Part shown: piece by piece, positions 12,036 through 24,167 of the stretch
How positions within the stretch are numbered: the first letter of the stretch is position 1
Layout: each line of letters begins with the position of its first letter
Source: an uncultured Nitrososphaeraceae archaeon
GTDB taxonomy: Archaea; Thermoproteota; Nitrososphaeria; Nitrososphaerales; Nitrososphaeraceae
NCBI GenBank assembly: GCA_963765895.1
Contig: CAVXZB010000041.1
Location: forward strand, 1-64,000
DNA: 64,000 bases
Reading direction: 5' to 3'
Translations under genes and position numbers: made by a program
The notes under the pieces: model-generated
What the model saw: the letters and a program-made list of their open reading frames with translations, nothing else
Databases searched by the model: none
What the model was told of the DNA's origin: nothing

Positions 12036-12566
12036 TCATTTTAACGACAGCATATTCTTATATTCAATGTCACTGTCAAGAGATATCATTTGTTCTTCCT
12101 TTTTTGTTTTTAGCACTGTCATTAACTCTGATTCAAGAATATGAGGGATTTTACAAATCTTATTTGCTACTATATCTCTCATCTGATTTAGATTCTTAGC
12201 ACGAATCTTTAACAACAAATCAAATTTACCATGCATTTCATGCATTTCCAAGACTTCCTCGATTTTTAATAGATCGGATATAATTTGATCAGCAGAACCT
12301 GGAGTGATATTTATTCCCATAAACGCCATATGATCATATCCTAGAAGATCATTGTCTACAGAGATTGTAAATTTATTAATAATTCCGGTTGACATCATTC
12401 TTCTAACTCTTATGTGCACGGTTGCATCTGAAACACCAATCCGTTTTGCTACATCAACAAATGGTATTGAAGAGTCTCTATTCAAAATATCGAGAATTTT
12501 GAGATTTATATCATCAATTTGGTGAGACATTCTAAGATCATTATCTATTTTGGTGCTGGCAAGCAT
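12036..12566 (-). CDS. Lrp/AsnC transcriptional regulator
   Basis: IDDINLKILDILNRDSSIPFVDVAKRIGVSDATVHIRVRRM HTH and MHGKFDLLLKIRAKN RAM domain. Confidence 0.93.
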   Translation of the reverse strand: MLASTKIDNDLRMSHQIDDINLKILDILNRDSSIPFVDVAKRIGVSDATVHIRVRRMMSTGIINKFTISVDNDLLGYDHMAFMGINITPGSADQIISDLLKIEEVLEMHEMHGKFDLLLKIRAKNLNQMRDIVANKICKIPHILESELMTVLKTKKEEQMISLDSDIEYKNMLSLK

Positions 12567-12794
12567 GAGGTTATGTCATTAGCTTAATTCAAGCAAACAA
12601 TAAAAGTATTTGTAATTATAGTAGAAATTTGCAAGAAAATTTAATTCCCATATAAAACTTTCCATTGAAAATGAATGAATGGATAATAAGCTAAAAATAA
12701 GGCGATTTAATGTCGTCGCCCGGACTGATTAGTTTTATCAGTGTGCCATCTTTTTCAAGTTAAGATATCTCTTTTGTTCATCCACTTATCCAGA

Positions 12795-13200
12795 TTAACA
12801 ATAATTTTCACGTTTACCTTGCAATACTGTGTCTATATGTTTTAAGAGCGCTTCATTTGTTATAGGCTTCCGAATAAAACAGTTAGCAGGAAAAGAAGAA
12901 AATATATCAGAATATGATCCATAATACATTTCTCCAGCAGTAAGAAAGCAGGTTATCTTCTTATCATCAAGTTTCTTAATCTCTCTATAAAAGAAAAAAC
13001 CATTCATTTTGGCATCTTAATATCAAGAATTAATAGATCGTAGTAATGAGGTTTGAAGTTCTCTAAAGCAAGGAAACGATCCTTGTATGAATCAGCAATG
13101 AAACCATTTTGTTCTAGTATCTTACGTAACGCTATATTGATATCAGCATCATCGTCGGCTACTAGAATTCTTTTTGATGTTTTGTTTTACACTTTCCATT
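12795..13200 (-). pseudogene. stand-alone response regulator receiver, frameshifted
   Basis: KRILVADDDADI..YDLLILDIKMPK / MNGF..FLTA..FIRKP; one A is missing from an A-run near 13008. Confidence 0.8.
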
Positions 13201-13294
13201 TTTAGTTTTAGAATTGTTCCTTCATTTCGATATCATCATGGATTATTTACTTTTAGTCGTACAATAAAGAATGATCATTCATTCCTTCAGTCAT

Positions 13295-13675
13295 TCATTT
13301 TGGATAGAAATTAAGTGATTTATCTACTCTTCCAACAAATTCAAAAGTTAACAATCCGAATCCTACTACTGCAATAACAACAAACACTATTTCAAAGTCC
13401 ATAGATGATAGATTTTTCATTTGGGGTGGAGTAGTATAGGGTAATCTTGCGCCTCCACTTACTTCCTCTTTTACAAATTGTGATCCATAATATATAGCAC
13501 CAGTAAAACCGATTACTGCCATAACTATACCTAAAACAATAATGGATTTTCCTTTAAAGTTTAGACTATTGCTAGTATTGCTGCTGTCATTTGATTCTGA
13601 TGGACCTTTTTTTCTTCCCAATCTTGTTATGAATCTAATATTACCTAATCCCTCTTCATGAACTGAAAATATCAA
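13295..13675 (-). CDS. two-TM membrane protein
   Basis: Two hydrophobic segments; start uncertain. Confidence 0.55.
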   Translation of the reverse strand: MIFSVHEEGLGNIRFITRLGRKKGPSESNDSSNTSNSLNFKGKSIIVLGIVMAVIGFTGAIYYGSQFVKEEVSGGARLPYTTPPQMKNLSSMDFEIVFVVIAVVGFGLLTFEFVGRVDKSLNFYPK

Positions 13676-13734
13676 AATTCTTTATCTATTGAACCTTGCT
13701 TAACATTGATAACCAATGTGTAATCATCACAAGT

Positions 13735-13862
13735 GAGGATTTTAGAGATGAAAAAATTGGCTAGGTTTCTAAAGAGAGCCAGAGATGAGGAAGAACAAAG
13801 AGATAGACTAAACCTAGCAATTGTAGCAGCTAATAATCATTATGCTGGGTTTGGCTCTTGAA
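13735..13862 (+). pseudogene. DUF72 C-terminal fragment
   Basis: RILEMKKLARFLKR..LAIVAANNHYAGFGS*. Confidence 0.5.
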
Positions 13863-13955
13863 GAACTTTGGAAGAATATAACGAAAGCAAGACTGATATT
13901 GTTGTTTTATCACCATCAAAAAAGTGATCTAAAATTTGACAGCATAATTCTTCTA

Positions 13956-15991
13956 TCAATCTGGATTAATTTTTACATCGTTTAATGACATTTTTTCTGA
14001 TTCTTTTCTCTTCTTTTTAAAATTGGATTTAATGGCTTTTTCTTCTATTGGTGTTTTAAGCCTTGTTACGTCACGCTTGAAGAATAGATCTATGAACCAA
14101 TCAGTCATGACCCTTAATTTCTTTTGTACAGTTGGCAGTGTTGATAAATAATAGAATCGCCAAAAAAACAAGCTGTAAATCCCTGGACTTTATGTCCAAG
14201 TAAAATGCCAACACCATTCCTCCTGCCTATTAGAGTCATTACACCCTTTGTTTTGTAATCAAACACCTTTTTCTTATGGTGCTCTGATTCTCTTATCTTA
14301 GAGAATATGTTGTTTGCTGCTATCTTCCCTTGTCTTAATGCGTGTTGTGCAGTTGGAGGACATGGATTTCCTGTATTAGGATCTATGATTGATGCGGTCT
14401 CCTAATGCAAAGGCGCTCTCTTCGTGTCCTTGAACTTCTAGATAATTATTGGTTATTATTCTGGTGCTATTATCGTGTTTGCATTGAAGGTTTGATATTA
14501 ATGGGTCAGGCCTTGCACCGCCAGCCCAGATCGTTGTATTACTTGGTATCACATTGCCGTCATTCAAACTAACGCCTTCTTGGGTAACTCCTATTAAACG
14601 TGTATTCAACATGACATGGACTCCATTCTGTCTGAACTTTTGTAGAACGAAGTCTGCCAGATCATCGGTTACTTCAGGTAAGATTCTTCTACCAGAGTTT
14701 ACAAGTATCGTCCTAACATCCTTTACGTCTAGATTATGATAAAAATGTTTGATCGAGTCACGTACAAAGTCATTTAGTTCACCAACGGTCTCAACACCAC
14801 TAAATCCTCCTCCCACTACTACGAATGTCATTAAACTTTTTCTTAGATTGATGTCATCATGTTCGAGATCTGCCTGCTCTAACATGTTTATAATATGATT
14901 CCTTACGACTATAGCATCGCCTATGGTCTTTATAGTAAAAGCATTCTTAGCCACTTCACTCATCCCAAAAAAGTTTGCCTCACTACCTAACGCCACAACA
15001 AGGTAATCATAATTCAATGTATGATTCCTCCACTCAATAGGATCGGTTTGTTTTCCTATTGAATGGGATATTGCTACTTGTTTATTTATTAGGTCTATTG
15101 ACTCTATGTTGGCTTCATAAAACTTGGCTCTATTGCAAAAAGCTCTAACTGGAGTTACCGTATTCCTTGTTTCTATCATACCTGAACACACTTCAGGGAG
15201 CATTGGTGTAAAGAGAAAGAAGTTGTCTCTACTTACGAGCATTATATCTACGCTGACATCATTTTGAAAAGCTTTTTGAAGTTGCGTTAAAACTTTGACA
15301 CCGGCAAATCCACCTCCTAAAATTAGTATATGCTTTTGTTGAATTGGTTCTGCTCCATGAACAAGTTCTACATGATTCTGATATGAATCAATCTTGGAAA
15401 ATGAGATATTACATATACTACATCTATACCTGCTACCAAACCTTACTGACAAAAGTGATGAAACCAATCCCAGAGTGACGCCAAAAACCAGATGAGTTAT
15501 AACGGAACCAACCATTATAGTCGCAAAATTGTTGTCTGTGACCTCGTAAGCCTCTCCAGCTTGATGGATATGAATATTCATCTTTTTCATTGTGTGTGCA
15601 ATTTCTGGTGCTAAGACAAACTGATATACCTGTAAAAAAAGGCTACAAACACGATCGAACCAGCAAAAAGGCCATATACTATACCATTTGATAGTTTGCT
15701 TATATTGAGTATGCCAGTTTTATAAAGGAATATTCCTACTACTATTCCTATTGAAATTGCAGTTAGCATATGAATTGCTATCCCTGCAATAACTGATTCA
15801 GAGGAGTAAACTCCAATTACATGTCCAAATGCTATCCATGTAAGATAGTATGGCAAACCCATTTCAACTTCAAAGATGGCCTTTGGGATAACAAACATTA
15901 CTGCCCCTACTATAGCTCCTATGACAACAAAGAAAACTTCTCTTTTTAGTGAAAAATCAATCCTTATTTTTGTTGCTAGGTTTTTCCCCAT
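13956..15991 (-). pseudogene. ndh: NDH-2-type FAD oxidoreductase fused to a multi-TM domain and a C2H2 finger, split by frameshifts
   Basis: ILILGGGFAG, FLFTPMLPEV, VVVGGGFSGVETVGE, FALGD, PPTAQHALRQG, KLRVMTDW. ORFs 15611-15991, 14376-15590 and 13956-14171 are collinear. Confidence 0.8.
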
Positions 15992-16179
15992 TAATAATGA
16001 TTGATATAAGATAGTTAAATCTGTTTTTCCAAAATGAATCCGATAACTCTATAACTCTATAACTACTACTATTGCAGCAAGCCAAGAGATAAATAAAAAA
16101 TAATCAGCTCAATTAATAAACTCAAAATATACATACATAATACCACCGTTGATCTCAGAAATTAACCAAAGAAGCTGCA

Positions 16180-16365
16180 CACTTCTCATAGGATGTTCTG
16201 GTTGGAATTATCCAAATACTCCTGATAAGAGTGGAGATTTAATGAAGTTTTCTAGCCTAATAGAGAAATAAAGAGACTACGCAGCTACTCTCAGTTTTTT
16301 GAAACCGTAGAAATGGATTCTACCTTTTATAACAGATTCTATTCAAAAATGACCGAAGGCATGTG
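16180..16365 (+). pseudogene. DUF72 N-terminal fragment
   Basis: LLIGCSGWNYP and YSQFFETVEMDSTFY. Confidence 0.7.
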
Positions 16366-16525
16366 GTTGTAGCTGAATAGCTTATGTGATCCCATTAGAA
16401 AATATTGAAAAGCACGATATTTCCGATTAGTGAGGCAGGTATGTATCCATACCATACGTCCACATCTATCCAGCCCAATCATACAAGCAAGTTGATGACT
16501 GAATTCTTTTAGTTAGTTAACTTGG

Positions 16526-17965
16526 CTAGTTAATTATCGGCAAACTAAAACTAAAAGTAGCGCCTTTACCATCAGCATTATTTTCTGCCCATATTTTGCC
16601 ATCATGTGCTTCTATAATGCCTTTAGAAATAAACAGACCGAGGCCTGAACCAGTTTCTGATTTGGTAACAAATATTGTGAATAACTTTTCGTTTATTTCA
16701 GGATCAATACCAGTACCTCTATCTCTAATACTAACGACAACTTCATCTTCATTTTCATCGTCGATATTATTTTTATTGTTATCCCTTCTGTTGTATTTTA
16801 TAGTAGTAAAAACAGATATTTTGTTGCTTCCTTGCTCATAAGGACTAGAGCCACTCTTCATGTTATTTTTTGAAGACTCTATAGCATTAGTCAAGAGATT
16901 CGATATAACTTCATCAATTCTGATCCTATCTGCTTCGACAATTACAGGATCGACATTTGGCTTGGCAAAGATTATTTCTACCTCATTTTCTCTTGATCTT
17001 ATATCATTTATGATATCTCTTAACTTTTCATTAATGTTAAATTTCTCCTTATCAAGTCTTAAAATTCGATTTTCAATCTTTGAACTATCCAAAATCTTCT
17101 CTGAAAGGCCTTGTCTTTTAGCGTTTCTAATTATGATTTCACGGAACTCTTCATCTTGTTTCGACTGCGTAGCTGAAACTGCATTACGAGAACGAATGAT
17201 TTCAGATAAGCCAAGTATTGGTTGTATTGGTATTCTCAATTCATGAGCCGCTATATTTATGAATTGATCTTTTAATCTGTCTTTATATTGGAGTTGTTCA
17301 TTTAATCCCTTTGATTCAGAAGTTAATTGATGTTGATTTTTAATGTAATTTTTTATAGACTGCACCATAGAATTAAATGATTCACTTAGAAGCGAAAGCT
17401 CGTCATTTTCCTTGTGTTGAACTGAAACTTCTAGGTTTCCTTTCTTTACATGAGATGTTGCATGGGTAAGTGTATCTATTGGTTTGAGTATTTTTTTACA
17501 AAATAAAGTATTAGTAGAACCACAGCAATATTTATTATTGCAAGGAAAATCTCTAACAATATTAAATTCCTTGAATCTATCGCTGCATCATTTCCCAATT
17601 GTGTTACTAATCTATCTAATGAATCGATTACGTTCGAAGCTAATAATCCCAGCTCAGGCTTTATAGATTGGTATAGCTTTGTTGCCGATGTCGCAGTGGC
17701 AGGAGGAGAAGTAGGAATATTAGTAACATTTTTAGATGTAGTCATATTAGCAGATGTTTTTAATTGTAATTGTGCTCTTTGTTTGAGTGATGGCCTAACA
17801 GTTTCAGAAGTAATAAAGATTCTAAATCTATTCCAATCATTATTAATTATCTTCCATGAATCCGAAAACTTTGATGGCAATGGTGTTAATTCTACATTTG
17901 AAGTTTTTCCACCATCTCTTAAAACCAATTTCGAAGCAGCTAGTCCACTGTCAATTCTTTTATAG
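16526..17965 (-). pseudogene. membrane HAMP-domain sensor histidine kinase, 5'-truncated and frameshifted
   Basis: AAHELRIP H-box, NLLTNA, DRGTGI, GSGLGL; HAMP segment KGNLEVSV..DELSLLSESFNSM; TM and extracellular part in 17476-17928. Confidence 0.85.
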
Positions 17966-18054
17966 CTGTATAAGCCTTGTGATAAACCATCTCAATCTAC
18001 AACTGAACTAGATTTCTCAAATATTTCCTCTGATTTAGTTGTACTTTCAACAAG

Positions 18055-18160
18055 CGACCGCTATCTAGCAATTGTGGCAGCAAACGATCATTATGCGGGA
18101 ATTGGTCAAGGAAATACGAGCGCATTCAGGAAAATGTTGGCTTTGTCAGAAGTGACATTG
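18055..18160 (+). pseudogene. second DUF72 C-terminal fragment
   Basis: YLAIVAANDHYAGIGQGNTSAFRKML, homologous to 13813-13860. Confidence 0.5.
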
Positions 18161-18310
18161 ATTGGTGTTGAAATTCCCAATACAAGAGAATGATACCCTT
18201 GTGACTAGTGAATCAGATTTTTTGAAATGAGGTAGGATCGTGTGGTCTGGTAGCATATGAATGAGGTGTCGTTATAATCAGATTTATTAATAAACGAAGC
18301 TTCATCACTA

Positions 18311-18948
18311 TTAATCCAACTCTGCTGATAATCTTTTAATTAAATATTCTATTGTAACTGGCTTTTCGATAAAACATCCAAAACTTACTTTAGGGTATAA
18401 TTCTCTTAGTGCTCGAATATTTACTTCTAATGCAGACATAAAACATACCCTAATGTTAACATCTATTTTAGAATCTTCTCACATAACTGAAAGCCATTCA
18501 TGTTTGGCATATAAATATCAGTCAGAAGAAGATCATAAAAATCTGGTTTGAATTCTTTCAACACCAATAAAGGATCGTTATATGTGCATACCTCAAACCT
18601 TCTCCTCTTGTCACCGTCGCCATAATAATGACTGTCTAAACCCGCTTTGAAAGTTAATGTAATATCAGGATCATCATCTACAAGAAGTATCCTTTTGATA
18701 AATGATGATTTTGGTTGTGGTTGTTCTTTTGTTTCCGTTTTTGTGATGGTATGTAAATTTGATCTCTGATTTTGTAGATAATTAGGATCTGTAAGAGGAC
18801 GAGAAGAAGACTCGGAAAGGTAATACTGCTGATGACGATCAGCATTGTTACTATAAAAATAACGAAATAAACTAATTCTATTTTCCAACTTTGGATAAGA
18901 AGAGGGGTTTTTAGCTAATGTTAGTAACATTATCCACATATCTTTCAA
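18311..18948 (-). pseudogene. response regulator receiver, frameshifted
   Basis: RILLVDDDPDI..LLTDIYMPNMNGF; after one missing A near 18466 it continues IDVNIRVCFMSA..FIEKPV..ELD*. True start likely downstream of 18948. Confidence 0.8.
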
Positions 18949-19132
18949 TGTAAGCTACAGATGTAAAAGACAAGACCAGTCGGAGCTTAATAAGCGCTAA
19001 AACTTATCAGCACCTGTGGGATTGGTTCATTAGCAATAAATCTGTTGATAACATAAAAAAAGATTCGTGTTCCACTATCATATGAGATTCCTTGGTCAAT
19101 TTTGGTTATCCTGATTACAAGACCTACTACAT

Positions 19133-19285
19133 CTATGACACTAATCCAATTTGTTTGTATAAACAGGGCTTTATTGATTTGTCCTTAATTTTGCAAGCTG
19201 TGAAGTGCCAAGCTGCTTCAAGTGCCAGTAAAGCAGTTGCAAATCCAATACCGACATATGCTATATTTTCTAAGATATCCTGAAT
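19133..19285 (-). CDS. possible small single-TM protein
   Basis: IQDILENIAYVGIGFATALLALEAAWHFTACKIKDKSIKPCLYKQIGLVS*; no canonical start (ATT). Confidence 0.35.
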   Translation of the reverse strand: MQDILENIAYVGIGFATALLALEAAWHFTACKIKDKSIKPCLYKQIGLVS

Positions 19286-19554
19286 ACCTTATTGATAAAT
19301 ATAATGTTATCTATGGCTTAGGTAAACGCCTGCCAGGATATTTTCATTTTATCTTAACAGATGATAATAGACAGCCCTGGAAGGTCCCAACAACATTACA
19401 TACGTAAGACACGAATTCTGCGCAAGTTCTTTTATAATTTAATCTACATTTTTACGATTTACTCTTAACTGATAATATACTATCTTCGAAAGCCAAGTGG
19501 AAATCACGAGCTATAAAGGTAGTAAACACGACAATAGTTACAAAAGCTATAAAG

Positions 19555-20016
19555 TCATCTAATACTTCTCGAATTAAACCAAGGTTTCCAAAATCTGTTA
19601 TACCAGTCTTCATTCATTTTTGATACGGATTTAAGAAACTCTCTATAAGCATTAAACCAATAGCTCATTAAGCTTTGCCAAGTTGCTGAACTTGCCACAA
19701 ACGAATGGATGATATTATCTTGATTCTTTTTCATATAAGATGGTGCTTCAACTATTTCTTCTTCTTGGTGTCTAATAACATTAGCCTCATTTTGATTTTT
19801 ATTACTTATAGACTTAGATGTTGTTGTTGTAATTTCAGCTTCTTGTATTGCCACTGTTGGCTTTGATAATACTTCTGCTTAATACAATCGGTATGAACTT
19901 TTTCTTCTGTAATATATTCACAAGAGGTGCATGCAAAAATTAATGGCTGTTGGCAAAGTTGACAATAGGAAGACGCTTTGAGCTCCGAACCACATTTTAT
20001 AAAGTGTTTGAGCCAT
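19555..20016 (-). pseudogene. zinc-ribbon-containing hypothetical protein, frameshifted
   Basis: KCGSELKASSYCQLCQQPLIFACTSCEYITEEKVHTDC lies upstream of the 99-aa ORF 19555-19854. Confidence 0.55.
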
Positions 20017-20504
20017 GCCTATATGTTATCACTATGCAATATATTTCTTCAGCTGAGTAGCTGCATCTCTAATTTGAGAGAAAGCCTCCATATCTAGTCC
20101 AAAAGCAAAAGGTGTTTCAATACTCCACATATTATGATGAGTTAGACTAATCCAGCTTTTTTGCAGCTAAGGTTTACCCCGATGAAATAGGCCATTAGGC
20201 ATTAAAGATTTTATTATTTCAAGGTAATCTTTTAAAGATCGATCATTGTTTTAACTTAATGGTAGAAGATTAGGACGCCAGAATTACTAGAGCCCTAAGC
20301 TTTAACAGTGACTTCATTGCATCAATTCCTAATAGCCCCATTGCAGTCTCGCTTAGATCCATTTTATGTATTCTTTCTAGGATACCAGCCAACGTGGCGT
20401 GCTTTTTCTTTAACTAATTAATCTTTTCTTCGACCATTTGATCAATCTCGTAAATGTTGTTAGTATCCTTTAGATGCTCATTACAAGTGTGTTAAACCGA
20501 CGTT

Positions 20505-22197
20505 CTAACGTACTTTTTTACCTGGTGATTCAGTTAGTCGTTGTAATGCTGGTGATCCATCATGAATGTCTAAACGTATATCTAGAAGACACAGGTCTTT
20601 AAAATAAATTTTTTCAGCAGCTAAGAGAGATTCATCCAATTGACATTCTGTCTGTATGACAAAGCCTTTTCCTTGGCCCATTATCTCAGGAATACGATAA
20701 TAATTCCAAGGCAATACATCGTTGAATGGGCCATCGAGCATAGGACGTTCTGTTCCGTACCCGTTATTGTTTAAGACAATAATTATTGGATTTAAAGCAA
20801 ATCTAATGATAGTTGATATCTCCATGCCAGTCATCTGAAAAGTACCATCTCCTACTATTACAATAGGACGAAGCCTTGGATTTGCTAATTGAGCTCCAAT
20901 AGCTGCAGGGACAGCAAATCCCATTGAGCAATAATAAGCAGGTGATAAAAAATTTACTTGTCTGTGCATGGTTAAATCAAGAGCACCAAATAAAGAATCG
21001 CCAACATCCGCTATGATGATTGCATTATTGGTTATAGAGAAGTCAAGACGTTCGAATAGTCGTTTTACGGTTATTTTCTGATTTCTTACAGCTGAGAAAT
21101 GCTTAACGACGTTGTTATTCTGTACAAAACTCTGTTTTCGAACTAACTCAAAATGTTTTCTTTCCAACTGTGCTTCTAACAAACTAACAAGAAAGTCTTG
21201 TAAAAGGACATTTTCAAAGTTATGATGTTTGATTGATAATTTTTCACTTGTGACATAGATATTTTAGATTGTTCTATTGGTGTAGAGGAAATACCAAAAT
21301 TAATATCTGTCATCAGGGTGCCTAATAAAATCAAACAGTCACTGGATTCAACATATTCCCTGACTATTTGGTGTCCCATGGCACCCTCATATGCTCCAAT
21401 GTAAGACGGATGATCCTCACTTATTACTGACTTAAAACAGTCGCCACCACAGGAATATTTGTCTTGTACGTAAATTGAAGTAGTTTATCTTGTAATCCAA
21501 AGCGATGGATTTCTATTCCAGCAATAATAACTGGTTGTTTTGAAGAATTTATCATTGCAGTTGCTTCTGTTAAAGCTTCTTACAGAGAATCGATGTCAGT
21601 CTCATATCCATCTTCTGCTTTGCCAGTTCTGGAGTGTATAGTAGAAGAGTCTACATATACCTCTTGATAAATGGGTATGGATACCTTATCTCGTGGTAAT
21701 TCAAGTTAGACTGGTCTTTTATATCTGGTGGCCGATGATAGCACCCGATCAATATCTTTGGCAGCTGTTTTTGGATTATCTAGAAGAACAGAATCAATAG
21801 TCATATGTTCAAAGATTCTTTGTTGTGTATCAAAATCTCGAACCTTATGATGAAGAAGTGGATTTTTTCTCCGTTCTCTTATTCCTGGTGCACCAGATAT
21901 CACAACAACCGGAGATTTTTCAGCAAAGGCCTGAGCTACACCATTAACAACCTTCAATCAGCCCATACAGTATGTCACACATACAACACCTAGTCCATTG
22001 ATACGAGCATAAGCATCAGCCGCAAATGCTGCTCCTTGTTCATCACATGTATTGATAACCTTCAGTTTGTTCGACTGGATTAGCTTTTGATAGAATCCAA
22101 GCACAAAATCTCCAGGAACACCAAAGACATGACGAACTCCGTGATCGTATAACCGTTGAATAAGATAATTACCAATATTTTGGCTGGGGGAAGGCAT
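20505..22197 (-). pseudogene. TPP-dependent alpha-keto acid (indolepyruvate/phenylpyruvate-type) decarboxylase in several pieces
   Basis: VFGVPGDF, CDEQGAAFAADAYAR, LLHHK, ADVGDS, GDGTFQMTGMEI..NNNGYGTER; frameshifts plus a stop. Confidence 0.88.
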
Positions 22198-22671
22198 AGG
22201 TTAAGGTAGAGAATATATGATCTAATTAATAAAACTTAGAATATTACGTGAGCGTGGCTTGCTATAGTAGTAACAAATATTCTTTTTTGTTTTCATGTTT
22301 CCCATATCCATTGTTTCATTTTAGTAGTCAGGTCCTTTCGACTCTATTTACTCCTCTTCTTAAGATATCGTTAATTCTATCTTGAATTCTTGCCGATTCG
22401 CAGTCGCAGTTACAATGGAAAAAGGCAGGTTTCGAGCTATTCAAGAACAAGTTCCAACAATCTTAACAGATGAAGTATATTCTTTTTAACTCATTCGAAA
22501 TAGTTTAAGATCAATACATCCAATAATACGTACAAGAAGTAACGGTTTAGAAATCCCAATTTCCCAAAATTCGTTTAGTATTAGATAAGATTACTATTTG
22601 ATCAGTTATTAGTAGTAGTATTAGCTTGAGTTATTTAACGCCGATCTGTGGATAATTAATTATTAATTTAA

Positions 22672-24075
22672 ATGAAATTGAATTTAATGTATAAAATTTA
22701 TGATAGCAGTTATGACCAAGATATATTTTTCAATAAAATTTTTCCAAAACCACTTTATAACCAAAGTTTTAAAATACAGATTAATGTGAATAGTATAGTC
22801 TTAGTTGCATCGTTTCTTCTAATACCTTTAATATCCAATGCTGTTATTCCTGCATCTTATCAATCCATCGCGACACAATTGTACGGATCCGATGCAGAAA
22901 GTAAGACCGTCGCTATTGAGAATGGTAATAATATTCAACGTGATATTAGTTATGATCTTGGTAATCGCGGAAAAAATGGTCAATGTATAAGTTATGATCA
23001 CTCTAAGAAGTCTATTGTCATATCCTGTGGTTCAGTACACCTAACTGATATTGCTAATCAAATCAACGAACAAGATGTGATAAAAAAAGAATCTGATGAA
23101 AACTGGTTATTAAATGCAAGCATTATAATTGAAAAAGGGGCCACACTTATTCTAGATCCTCAAGATACCAAATGGTTGAAAATATTAGCAGATGGAAATG
23201 TTGCCTATGGCATTCATATCTATGGTAGTTTGGTTATTGATTCTATAAAATTAACATCATGGAATCCGAGTACGAATAATTATGCTCAGAGCTATGGTTC
23301 AAGGGAAACTTCAGGAAAGATAACACATCCAGGAGCTCCAAGACCATTTATCAGGATTGAATCAGGTTCGACGGGTACTACAAATATCACAAATTCTGAG
23401 ATAGCATATTTAGGATATGAAGGGGGTTGGGGATCTGGGACTTCAGGTATTCATTATCATAATGGCGGAGATGGAAGCATAATAAAAAATAACAAGATAC
23501 ATAATCTCTATTTTGGATTCTATTCTAGTAGTGTGAGTGGCATGCTTATAGAGAGTAATCTATTCTATAATAATGGGCACTATGGTATTGATCCACACAC
23601 CGGAACTCACGATATGATAATAAGAAACAATACGGTTTATGGAAATAATGGTACAGCTATAATTTGTTCTCTTGATTGTTACAACATTTTGATTGAAAAC
23701 AATAAAGTCTATAATAACACTGGATATGGAATAACCTTCAGTAGAAATATGACAAACTCGGTGGTTAGAAACAATTTTGTCCATAATCAAATGAGCGCCA
23801 TCTTTGTTTCAGCATCACATAATAATCAAGTTTATAATAATACCATTTTTAATACTGATGATGGTATTAGCCTGGCAAATGGTGCTTCAAAAAATAAAAT
23901 ATATGATAATAGAATAATCAATTCTATCAACGCTCTGAGATTCAATGCAGGTTCTCATGATAATATATTATATTCCAATAATATAGTTAATGCAACACAG
24001 CATATGATAAAATATGACGACCAAAATACAAAAGACAATAATAACAATAGCAGTACACTAAATAGGAATACTTGA
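22672..24075 (+). CDS. secreted right-handed parallel beta-helix protein (NosD/AlgG-like)
   Basis: Repeated IxNNxVYNN turns, NSEIAYLGY, YGIDPHTGTHDMIIRNN; hydrophobic N-terminal segment. Confidence 0.85.
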   Translation: MKLNLMYKIYDSSYDQDIFFNKIFPKPLYNQSFKIQINVNSIVLVASFLLIPLISNAVIPASYQSIATQLYGSDAESKTVAIENGNNIQRDISYDLGNRGKNGQCISYDHSKKSIVISCGSVHLTDIANQINEQDVIKKESDENWLLNASIIIEKGATLILDPQDTKWLKILADGNVAYGIHIYGSLVIDSIKLTSWNPSTNNYAQSYGSRETSGKITHPGAPRPFIRIESGSTGTTNITNSEIAYLGYEGGWGSGTSGIHYHNGGDGSIIKNNKIHNLYFGFYSSSVSGMLIESNLFYNNGHYGIDPHTGTHDMIIRNNTVYGNNGTAIICSLDCYNILIENNKVYNNTGYGITFSRNMTNSVVRNNFVHNQMSAIFVSASHNNQVYNNTIFNTDDGISLANGASKNKIYDNRIINSINALRFNAGSHDNILYSNNIVNATQHMIKYDDQNTKDNNNNSSTLNRNT

Positions 24076-24167
24076 TAAGTGGGTGGGTGGATGTCCTACA
24101 TTTTCGGATTGCTTTTATGCGATATAAAATGTGCTAGTTAAAGCCGGAAGACGCTATTCGATTTATA

